From Raja brachyura (lineage: Eukaryota): 64,000 nucleotides of DNA. Both the position numbers and the translations under genes were made by a program. This document shows, piece by piece, positions 50,358 to 61,145 of the stretch (within the stretch, counting starts at the first letter, position 1; each line of letters opens with the position of its first letter). The notes under the pieces are model-generated. The model was given only the letters and a program-made list of their open reading frames with translations. It was not told the DNA's origin and did no database searches. The stretch is taken from NCBI GenBank assembly GCA_963514005.1, contig OY740811.1, positions 31,496,001 to 31,560,000 of the forward strand, read 5' to 3'.

Positions 50358-50518
50358 TAGTGATTCAAGCAGCAGCTCCAGTGACGAGTCTCCAGCAAGA
50401 TCCGTTCAGTCTGCTGCAGTCCCTGCACCACCAGTTCAACTCCCGACACCTGTGGAAAAGGATGAACCACGCAAAAGCTATGGAATTAAGGTCCAAAACT
50501 TGCCAGTCCGTTCTACTG
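50358..50518 (+). CDS. SPEN: SPEN coding exon 4 (Ser run, start of RRM2)
   Basis: Branch point TACTAAC at 50330-50336, acceptor TTGCAG; SDSSSSSSDESPARSVQSAAVPAP...GIKVQNLPVRST; donor G|GTGAGT; 161 nt. Confidence 0.95.
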
Positions 50519-52134
50519 GTGAGTGAACACGTCATTTGGCGAACTAATGCTTTTTTCGGATTGCCATCGTGTTCTAGAAAATATTGGATTAGTTTGAGGG
50601 AATTGCCTGGCACCCAACAACAAGTACTCTTTTTTTTGTTTTTTAAAACAATATTTATAAATATTTAAAAATGGTTAGAAAAGCTATGTTCGGAAACTAT
50701 TTTGATCCATTTTTGTGAAACCCCTAGTGTACAATTCTATCACAAAATATAAAGGCATTGTAACCGCAGGGATGTTTGGGGGTTTCAAATCGCCTGCATT
50801 TCTATTTGATTTAAATTAGCAGATAGCAACTTCTCTCTGTTTATTTTGATATCTTAACTTATTTGTGGAATAAAAGTTGGAAGTTACCTGGCTGCAGTAA
50901 GTTACCTCTGGTGAGCCGGTGCTTGATAGAATCTTGGAAATTGATGAGATTGGTGTGAATGGGCCCTTTTTGCAAGATAAAAATAAAAGTATATTGGATA
51001 AGTTAATGTCTACTATAGTCAAATAGATGAAAGTAATGTTAGATTAAGCATAATTCATTGAAACAATGTTCTTCATTGTTCTAATAGTTGTAGATTTGCA
51101 TTGGAAAGTAGAAATGAAATTGACAAAACATTAGAACATTCTTGAGGAAGGGGCACAGTTGCTGGTTAATACAATAATATGTTTTAATAATATGTAATGC
51201 TTTCAATGGTATTCCTGGGTACTTTACAGGAGCATAATCAAATGACATTTGACACGGGGCCACAAGTACAAAACCTAGGTCAAGAAGAAAGGCTTTAAGG
51301 AATGCCCTAAGAAAGAATAATAGTTGGTATTTCCAGAGTTTAAGAGTTCTAGCTGTCCGACGTAATCCAGTTCTAAACTACGACATCAATATCGAGACAA
51401 AGTTTTCTTGGTTTTGTGGGCTAGAGGAGAATACAAAGCAAAGCAAAGAATGGCAAGGCTGTGAGAAAGATTTAGATACATCGGTGAATATTAAAAAATA
51501 AAGCAAATTACATCTCTGAACTTTAAATGTAACTGCATGATTATTGAATATCTTGCCAGTGTTTCATGCAGGAGATACAGATAAAAAGTGGCCATTAGTT
51601 CACTTGTTTATTTTCTTCCTCACTCTATTCACTTTTGTGAGACTGACTATTTTTAAAACTGAAACCAGATGTTATAGAAGTTTTACTTGGAGTTAAGGTT
51701 ATGTAATAATTAGTGCTAAAGCCTAGAATTCCAGACTTGAGATGTTTACTACATGGTTGAATGCTCTGCTTTGATTTCACAACATTATTGGTTTCTTCAT
51801 ATTGTATCTTGTTTTAAAGAGAAGTTTAAATCATTTGAAATGCTTTAATTGGGAGGTTTTTATTATTATTACAAAAGTTCATGAATAAATGAAAATTACA
51901 AATACTGGTGTAACAGCCATGTATAGAAGTTAGAATAAAGCTGATGATTGTTTCCAAACAGCGAGAGAATGCAATAGAATCTGTCATACTTTGCTTAATT
52001 TAGGAATGACATCTAGTGCCGTAATCCATTTTATATAAATCGCAAATATAGAATTACAATTTCTTTTTGGATCCTCATTGCAGTTTGACTCTATGCATTT
52101 CACCAAATGTTGTTTCCTACTTCAGTTAGTAATA

Positions 52135-52262
52135 TCAGAGTTATGCAGCACAGAAACAGGTCCTTCGGTCCACCTTGTCCGTGCTGACCAAGTTGCCATA
52201 TTGGGCTCGTCCCGTTTGCGTGAATTTGACCCATAACGTTCTGAACCCTTCCTATCCATATA
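52135..52262 (-). mobile_element. CR1-clade LINE 3' end, decayed
   Basis: YMDRKGSERYG and a GGACCGAAGGACCTGTTTC tail. Confidence 0.7.
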
Positions 52263-52591
52263 CCAACACCCCACTCCATTTGATTTTGTTGGGGTTGTAA
52301 TGTTTACTAGCAGCATGACCAGCGCCCTCCGTACTTTTAGATAATTTAGTTTGCTCTAATCTAAGAACCGCAGAACGCCAGGAATATTTATCATTCCAAA
52401 TCAGAAGAGCATGACTGATGAAGGCTGCTATAAAATTGGAGATTGCTAATTGTCTTAGCATCATGTTCGACACAACATTGTGGGCCAAATAGCGAGTTCC
52501 TGTGTTGTACAAAACTATGTTCTAACTAAAGAAATTATACTTTGCATCATGTGAACAACTATGTACTGACGATGTTGATTTTTGCATTTAG

Positions 52592-52792
52592 ACACAAGCC
52601 TTAAAGATGGTCTGTTCCATGAATTTAAGAAGTATGGGAAGGTAACATCTGTGCAGATCCATGGTGCTTCTGAAGAGCGCTATGGCCTTGTTTTCTTTCG
52701 ACAACAAGAAGATCAGGAGAAAGCTATGAATGCGTCTAAGGGGAAGTTATTTTTTGGCATGCAGATTGAAGTCACTGCTTGGACTGGCCCAG
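52592..52792 (+). CDS. SPEN: SPEN coding exon 5 (RRM2)
   Basis: TAG acceptor; (D)TSLKDGLFHEFKKYGKVTSVQIHGASEERYGLVFFRQQEDQEKA...WTGP; donor G|GTAGGT; 201 nt. Confidence 0.97.
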
Positions 52793-53032
52793 GTAGGTGT
52801 CTACTGAGCAGCGATGGGGTTAGAGAGCATGCTTGTGCCAAGGGCTTTTTTGAAAGCAAGGAATAATTTTATGTTAAATTAATTAAATGACATAGGAACT
52901 GTAGTACATTTCCTGTTTGAATTAGTTTTGCTTAATTCGATCTACTGACTGTTACAATCCTATCCTGTGGCCTGCAAAGGGGGTGCTATTAAATATAAAC
53001 AAATAAAATAAGGATCACCCATTCAGCGCTTC

Positions 53033-53346
53033 ATTTCAGTTTCAGTTTAGAGATGCAGCGTGGAAACATGCCCTTTGGCCCACCGAGTCCACACCGTCCA
53101 GCGATCCCCGCACACTAACACTCCTACACACACTAGGAGCAATTTACATTAATACCAAGCCAATTAACTTACAAATCTCTACATCTTTGGAGTGTGGAAG
53201 GAAACCGAATATCTCTAAGAAAACCCATGCAGTTCATGGGGAGAACGTATAAACTTCGTACAGACAAGCACCTCTAGTCAGAATCGAACCTGGTTCTCTG
53301 GCGCTATATGACAGTAGCTCTACCGCTGCGTCATCATGCCACCGCC
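53033..53346 (-). mobile_element. tRNA-derived SINE (HE1-like)
   Basis: Minus strand: GACGCAGCGGTAGAGCT (A-box-like), GGTTCGATTC (B box); body and tail colinear with the 22699 copy. Confidence 0.85.
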
Positions 53347-53635
53347 TTCTAATCAGTACGATCGTGGAAGATATTTTGTCTGAAACCCACAGTCCTGCAC
53401 AGACATCATATCCCTCATTCTGTTAATGTCCATAGATCTAGAACTCTCGGTCTTGAATATACTTACTGACTGAGCCTCCACAGCCCTCTTGAGTAGAGAA
53501 TTCTAAAGATTTTCTATAGTCTGGGTGAAGACATTTCTTCCCATTTCTGTTCGATGACTTGCATTAAGATTGACACCTGATTCTAAACATTCTGACCATG
53601 GAAATGTCAACTCTGCCAAGTCCCATACGAGTCTT

Positions 53636-53880
53636 AAGGGTCTGAAGAAGGGTCTCGACCCGAAATGTCACCTATTTCTTTTCTCCAGAGGTGCTGTCGG
53701 ACCCGCTGATTTACTCCAGCTTTTTGTGTCTATCTTCGGTTTAAAGCAGCATCTGCAGTTCCTGAATGTTGTCTGAAGAAGGGTCTTGACCCGAAACGTC
53801 ACCCATTCCTTCTCTCCAGAGATGATGCCTGTCCCACTGAGTTACTCCAGCTTTTTGTGTCTATCTGCAGTTCCTTCCTA
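53636..53880 (+). mobile_element. Tandem dimer of the Penelope-like terminal repeat
   Basis: Two units with cores at 53642 and 53773; imperfect TSD cccatacgagtctt / cccataagagtatt. Confidence 0.85.
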
Positions 53881-54327
53881 CCCATAAGAGTATTGTGTTT
53901 CATTAAGAGATGCTGTGAAAGAATGCACCAACAGGTGGCTCTGTGTGCTCAGTTCTCCATTTGGGCAGCTGGATTCAGTCCCATCTTTAAATGAAAAGTA
54001 TTGATTGGACATTGTGGGGTTGGGGGTAATAGTTCACCTAAACTTGAATCTGCTGTTCCAAAAGCATTTTCACGTAACTATGGATTCTATAACAATTATG
54101 CTTTTGATAAGGGGTTCCTTGCTTACTGGAAACATACAGGAAACAGCACTGAATCTTTGCCACACAAATTAAAAATGTCTCCTTATTAAAAAAGCCTCAA
54201 AATATATCCACAATAAAATGTCTGCCTGTGGAAATGGATGATGAAGAAATGAGTTGACACGAATACTGCTTTGTTACTGGTGACATAATGTATTTTCGAA
54301 TTTTTTTTTGTTTGGGTCCCCTTGCAG

Positions 54328-54479
54328 AAACGGAAAGTGAGAATGAATTTCGACCACTGGATGACCGAATAGATGAGTTTCATCCCAAGGCCACAAGAAC
54401 ATTATTTATTGGAAACCTGGAGAAAACCACAACCTATGGAGATCTTCGAAACATCTTTGAGCGCTTTGGGGAGATTGTG
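54328..54479 (+). CDS. SPEN: SPEN coding exon 6 (start of RRM3)
   Basis: CAG acceptor; (E)TESENEFRPLDDRIDEFHPKATRTLFIGNLEKTTTYGDLRNIFERFGEIV; donor GTATGT; 152 nt. Confidence 0.97.
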
Positions 54480-55319
54480 GTATGTACCCTGAAGGGTTGG
54501 TCAATGTCGAAATGACGAGGTTTTCTATGAACTTGTGACTTGAAATGATACTCACTTCCATGTTATATATAAGATTATCCACTCTCTACCTGTTCATCTT
54601 CTTGATTATTTTCTAGAATTTTTGCAGGACAGTTATTTTTACAGAATATTAACTCATTAAATAACTTTTGTGTTTTGTATTTTATCTTTTTTTGGAGAAT
54701 AAATTGCATTTGTTGTTGTGTTGTACTTGTCTTAAGTTTGAACATCAAATTGCTACATTATAAGTCGTCCTGGGAGTTGGGTAAAACTGAGAAGCAGGGT
54801 CAAATCAATTGTAAGTCAATGTGCATGATGCTAAAAGTTTTGAAACTGAGTCAGCTCTCTGTGGACTCAATAGCAGTATTTCAAGATACTGATCAATCAA
54901 CTTGTATGATTTATTAATTGAAACTGCAAGGGTAGAAAAGGCCTGGTGAAATCATTAACAGATTTAAACTTGACTGAGAATGTTAAAGTGGAAGCATATG
55001 AAGGTGAGCATGTGGACGGGTTTCTGGATGAATATGCCTTGGTGGAGTGTAGGATAGGGACAGGAGTAATTAAAGTGCCCGTTGATTGTCATTTTGTCCT
55101 TTTTCACATACATTGGATTCCATACTATAGTTGGTAAGTATGTATTATTATAACTTGGAACCAAATTTGCAAACTGAATTGGGCCATTAACGTGAAGTAA
55201 CATGGTTTCCAAATTGAAATATAATTAGCATTAAAGAAGTTGAGTTTGAGTCCTAATCTTTGAATTTAAGCATCACGACCCACGAGGAAATGAGGTACTG
55301 TTAAAATGAACACCGACAT

Positions 55320-55452
55320 TAAGGGTGTCAGGGGTTATGTGGTGAAGGCAGGAGAATGGTGTTGAGGGGGAAAGGTAGATCAGCTATGATTGAATGGCGG
55401 AGTAGACTTGATGGACCGAATAGACTAATTCTGCTCGTATAACTTATGAACA
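55320..55452 (+). mobile_element. CR1-clade LINE 3' end
   Basis: aagggtgtcaggggttatg...gattgaatggcggagtagacttgatggaccgaat...ttatgaac. Confidence 0.7.
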
Positions 55453-55807
55453 TACGGGGGTTGATGACAATTATGTATTGAAGAAGGGGTCTCGATACTT
55501 TTAGACCTGCTTTTTTTGTATATGCCCACCTACCTCAAGTAATGTTCTAATTGCCCATATCTGCAATTGGAATGTTAATGCAATGATAGTGGATTGATAC
55601 TGTGCATTACTGTTCCAAGTAAAAGTAAGTATGACATGTACAGTTAACAAAATGAACATTTTTGCAGCACAATTCATTTTTTAATGAGAAGGGGGGGGGG
55701 GAGATAACTATGAAATGATTAAAATGGCCAAGAATAAGTTTTGAAATGAGGCAAAGGGCCAGATTCAAAGTCCATGCTATTGTTTTTTTTTGTATTTAAA
55801 ATGACAG

Positions 55808-55933
55808 GATATTGACATCAAGAAGGTAAATGGGGTTCCTCAATACGCCTTCCTACAGTACTGTGACATTGCAAGTGTCTGCAAAGCCATCAAGAAAATG
55901 GACGGAGAGTACTTAGGAAATAATCGGCTCAAG
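55808..55933 (+). CDS. SPEN: SPEN coding exon 7 (RRM3)
   Basis: Not in the ORF track; hand translation gives DIDIKKVNGVPQYAFLQYCDIASVCKAIKKMDGEYLGNNRLK; CAG acceptor, donor AAG|GTCAGG; 126 nt. Confidence 0.96.
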
Positions 55934-57681
55934 GTCAGGAAGGAGAAATACAGTCATTTGCTTATCAGGAATATTCACTTATCAGGAATTCACAGTGAAA
56001 TATTAGTAAGAATTTTCTGTTGAACAATTTCTTGTATATTGTTTTTTGTTGTAACTTTACTTTTGTAATATTCCCCACTGTTTTCTTGAGTTACTTTTCT
56101 CTTTCCTCCCTCCAAGTTTTACATTGTATCCTTGGCATATTAGCTAGAGTGTCCAAGCTGCTGATGTGTCTGTGGATGTAATTGGTGTTACCTTGGGTCA
56201 ACCTGTCTGAAGTGTGATTGAACAGTATGTGAAAGCAAACACTACTGTTCCTCTTGCAGATGGAGTTGAGCGGAGCAAACTGAGCTGAGCTCTGGGGAAG
56301 CATCACCTGAGCCTAGTACGTCCTGATTAAGAATCCATTGGGCTACACTGGGAGATTGGTCTGCACTTATTTCCCCTTCCTTACACCCTATTTTTCTCCT
56401 ATATGTTACACATCAACATGTCCCCCATGCCCCCTTGATTAAGTGAATTTGCAGATGAACTTCAGGCCTCTACGGTTGAAGCATCTGATTTAAAACGTGG
56501 CCCCACTCAATTCATCCCTCAATTTCTCTCACTTTTAAGTGAAAAATTGCTTCTTTTTTTTCTTGACTTGGTTTGGTTAAGATCAGGAGCTCACCATCTG
56601 GGGAAACAAGAACAAATTAACTTTGACCCAACACTATGGTTTAGTGCTACTTTTTGCAATTGGAATTAAAAGCAAAGCTTTTCAATTTGCATTTTGTAAG
56701 ACTTTAATTGGGAAAGTTGTAAGAATGTATAGAATGTTTAGTTAGCGCGATAATATTTGTAAGATTAGCATCGCACTGAATGAATGTGACTGTTGATCTA
56801 TAATTATGGTGACGGTGAAGCTGACTGGAGCTGCATTCACTTAAGGATGTTCAAATAAAATTCAATTATTCCAAATGATTGCAGGGCCATGGACCAAAAC
56901 ATTTATTGACTTTTCAATTGCTATTTGCTGAACAGACAAAATTGGTGGGGTTTTTTATCGAGTGTACCGCATCCCTAAAAAAAAGTCTCCAAAAAAAGCA
57001 TTGGCCAAAATTATTTCCTGAAGTAGAATTGACTATGTACAACAATTTGAGCAAACTGCCCTCCCACCACCATTAATTATATTTTACTCTATTAATTAGT
57101 TATCCTTTTCCAAATTCATAAGTTTTCCGTACAAATGCAAAAAATACACTTTTGTGTACTCTTCAGAACATTTTCAGTAGCAAGTAAATACTTAAGGATT
57201 TTATGTCCTGGGGTTATAAATCGTAGTGTCCATGCTCTATGAGCAATTATATTGTCCGTGATGGAAAGGATAACAGATTCCCAAAATGATTGAGGGAAAA
57301 TTAGTGTCACCCCCAACGTGCTTAACTATTTCACCCAATTCCGTAAGGAATTTGAAAGGCCGAGCCTCTCAGCTGCTAAATAATGAATGATTCAATAATA
57401 TGTGAAAGAGTGAGATGAATAGGACGTTCACAGCATAATATAAATCATGTATAGATTTGCATCATGTTTCTATACCAGTTATCTCCAGGGTAGAGTTTCA
57501 TGTAGTGTATTATATGTAACTGATAAATTATAGTTGTGAATTTTGACAATGAGATAATCAAGTAGATTATATTGGAATACATGAAAGTCTACAATATAGC
57601 TTTGTTTTATTGAATTTGGGCCAATGAGTTTTGTTACAATTAAAATACATCTTTTCTTCTCTTATTTCTTATTCTCCTCAG

Positions 57682-57795
57682 CTGGGATTTGGAAAGAGTA
57701 TGCCAACTAATTGTGTATGGCTGGATGGCCTATCTTCAAATATTACTGAACAATACTTGTCCAGGCATTTTTGTCGTTATGGGCCTGTGCTCAAA
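57682..57795 (+). CDS. SPEN: SPEN coding exon 8 (start of RRM4)
   Basis: CAG acceptor; LGFGKSMPTNCVWLDGLSSNITEQYLSRHFCRYGPVLK; donor GTAAGT; 114 nt. Confidence 0.97.
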
Positions 57796-58229
57796 GTAAG
57801 TGCCTTGTTGCAGTGCTTGTTTATATCTAACAAATTATTAACAACTGGCAGCAAAAAGATTTTTTTTCCAATTGTTGATTTTCATTTTTCCCCTTCAAAA
57901 CATACCTTCTATACATTTCATGTTCTGATAAGAGAAAATGATATTCAGTGCATAGCAATGGGCGTATTGAGATCGTTAGTTTTCAGTTTTATATTGTACC
58001 TTAAAGGAAGCTGTAGTGAAAAATACACTTTAATCAGAGCATTTAAGTGTAAGCTTTAAAAAAAAACCTATTTAATCGCATAATAAGATTATGTTTGCTT
58101 CTTTGAACAGTTTAAATAATAAGATGCTTAAAATGTAATCCCTGTAATGCAACTCTCAAAATAGCCTGTTTTATAATATTTAATTTCATTTATTTACCTT
58201 GTTGATGTATTGGTTTATTATTGTTTCAA

Positions 58230-58905
58230 GCTTCAAGACACAGTGAAAAACTTGTTTTGTGTGCTATCTAGGTAAATGATACTATACAGGAGTACAATCA
58301 AAGCATCTATGAGTACGACAGGTAGTGCAAAAAGAGAAATGTAATGGTGTACTGAATATAGTGTAACAGATACAGCGAAAGTACTTAAAGAAAAAGTGCA
58401 ATGAGTGGATTGGGAGACCAGGAATGCATCCCTAGCTTGTGAGAGGTGCATTTAAGAGTCTTGTTATAGTGAGGAAGAAGCTGCTCTTGAATCTAGCGGT
58501 TTGTGCTTTCAAGCTTTTGTATCTGCTGCTTGATGGGAGAGGAGAGAAGATGGAGTGATGGGCGTGCAAGTGGTCCTTGATTATGATGTTTGCGTTTCTA
58601 AGGCAAACAGGAAATGTAGATGTTGTCAATGAGGGGAAGGCTGTTTTGCCTGATGGATTGGGCTGCATCCACAATTCCGCAGTTCCTTGTGGTCTTGGGC
58701 AGAACAGATGCCAAACCAAGCTGTTATGCATCCCAACTGGTTGCTTTATGTTGTGCATTGGTTGAAATTTGTAAGAGTCACGAGAGACAGCTAATTTTTT
58801 AGTCTTCAGGGGAAGAAGAAGCGTTGGTATGCTTTCTTGGCCGTAGCGTCAATTTGGTTGGACCAGGAATGCTTGTTGGTGATAATTACGGCTAGGAACC
58901 TGAAC
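58230..58905 (-). mobile_element. Decayed Rex1/Babar-type LINE
   Basis: WSNQIDATAKKAYQRFFF; IIKDHLHAHHSIFSPLPSSSRYKSLKAQTARFKSSFFLTITRLLN. Confidence 0.82.
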
Positions 58906-59823
58906 CATCTCTGTTTCAACACCCAGCTTCCTGAAGTTTGTAGAAATAATCCGTGCACAAACTGGGAATTTGAAATGAAAAATATCAAAATTAAGTAATT
59001 TTGTAATACTTTGAGATCTCACTTCTGAAGATTCCCACTTGCCCCATTGAACTGACTTTTCTCTTTCAGACGCTGACTGACCTTATTGTCTCTCAGCACC
59101 AATTCCATATTTTAATGTCACAAAGTAATCCAGATCTTGCTAGAAAGATACACTTTTGCAGCTTAAAGCTGTTTGACCTACGTGCAGTGTTTAAATTGGA
59201 ATGTTTGAAACTGAATAATAATAATAACGGCAGCACAGAGCTATTGTGTTGCGGTCTGTGCTGGGTGATGCAGAGGACTATGATCTCGGTTTTCCACATT
59301 TTTAAATGTTGAAAATGGTTGTCAGCACAACAATAATCTGATGATCCCAATTCATTTTATAAAAAGGATTTGAATCAAACAGATGGTATGTTCAAATCAC
59401 ATTTGGACTATATATTCACTTCAGCCAATCTCCTCAGGACATCGAATGATGTAGTAAGGCAATACATGACCTCCTCAATAATCATTCTCTACATCTTCAA
59501 CTTTTCCTTCAATTTGTCATTCATTATATCTGATACACAATTTCTCTAATAACATTTTATTACAGTTTCCTTGCTTATGAATAAGCTGCATAAAACATCT
59601 TTCACTGTAATCTTTGGTGATATAAGCCTCTCTTAGCCCACTCGACTTTTGGCTCTTTTGCAGGGAAATTATATCAAACATCAACTCTGACTTGGCCATT
59701 CTTTCACTACACATTTGGGTGGATCTCCAAACTGCTCCAGAGAAAATCTGCCATATATCTATTAGTTACTTGCCATTCCTGCTCAGGGAACTAGCTGACT
59801 TCTTTCTTTACCTCCTGGGACAG

Positions 59824-59937
59824 ATTGTGTTGGATCGTCAGAAAGGAATGGCTCTGGTGTTGTACGATGAAATTGAATGCGCACAGACAGCGGTGCAGGA
59901 GACCAAGGGCAGGAAGATTGGAGGAAATAGAATAAAG
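59824..59937 (+). CDS. SPEN: SPEN coding exon 9 (RRM4)
   Basis: CAG acceptor; IVLDRQKGMALVLYDEIECAQTAVQETKGRKIGGNRIK; donor AAG|GTTAGT; 114 nt. Confidence 0.96.
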
Positions 59938-60465
59938 GTTAGTATGAGAGAGTTCATGGGGATTCTAACTGCACTTCTTATTCCATTCATTCTTATAAAT
60001 CTTCTCATTCTCTCTGTCTTTCAGCACAGGTAGATGTTTATAGCGACGTTCCTATTCTTCTCAGACAGCCACACCCACACACATGCATGCACACAAACAC
60101 CTTCCACAGTTTCATGGAATTGCATGAGGTGCTAATGTTTTATAAGGAAAACCAGAGCATGAAATAATAGCAACATTGAAGGGGATTATTTGGTTTAATT
60201 CTGAGGAAGAAAATAAAATTTAATGATATTTTGCAATATTGAAAAGCAGACTCTATTGGCATTCTGCAGTTCAAAGTGGTTATGTGCTTGGCAAGCAAAT
60301 TGGAAAAACAGTTTAATGCTTGCAAGAATCAGAAGCATGTAAAACTATACTATTTGCTGCCAGTTCAACTTTGCAGTTGAATATTCAGCTTTTTAATTTT
60401 TTTAAAATGTTTGATATCTATTATCTCAGCTTCTAATGCCTAACAGTCAAATTTCTTCCATGAAG

Positions 60466-60566
60466 GTGGATTTTGCAAATCGCGAGAGTCAGTTGGCATT
60501 TTATCGTTCAATGGAAGTCTCTGGGCAAGACATCAGAGACCTCTACGAAATCTTTGCTGAGCGAAG
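60466..60566 (+). CDS. SPEN: SPEN coding exon 10 (end of RRM4)
   Basis: Not in the ORF track; VDFANRESQLAFYRSMEVSGQDIRDLYEIFAER; AAG acceptor, donor AG|GTAAGT; 101 nt. Confidence 0.95.
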
Positions 60567-61145
60567 GTAAGTGAATCTTTACTTTGACTTTCTGTCTGAA
60601 GGATTTTTGTGCGGCTGTTTTATTTTACTATCAATTAAATAAAACGTACATTGCAAAAAAATAGGTTTAAACAGTCACTCCAGACACTTGATGGAAATTA
60701 TCCTCCATTTGATAGTCTACTGTAATGGTAAGAACTTAAAGGAAAATGGCCAGCGATAGGACTTGAATCTTAATCTGCAACAGAAAAAATAGAGATTTAG
60801 AGATTGCAAGCATTAAATCAGGAAATAGTAACTTATTTTCAAAGTGACCAGTTTAGTACAGCTCGGTGGCCCAGTTATAGAACCTTTGGCTCAGTTCCGG
60901 CAATCTGGGTTCAAAACGTAATGGCATAAACCTTCATGCTGAGCCATGACTGAGTGCATATCTGTCAGCAGTGGGGAAACATTGCCTGCAGTCCTCCAGT
61001 TGAGAGTAGTAAATAAAACAGGATTAAATCTGGAGCATTTAGTTTTGGTGACAGCCTATTTACAGAGAAGAAATTAATTTTATGCGGCCATCGATTTGAT
61101 TTAAAAATTGTCATTTGAATTGGTGTTTGTTTCTTTAATTAGCAG

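Noticed and set aside
791-53800. Recurrent palindromic 28-35 nt motif superficially like a CRISPR repeat
   Set aside because: Dispersed on both strands, no regular spacers, embedded in longer retroelement blocks with TSDs, eukaryotic locus and no cas genes.
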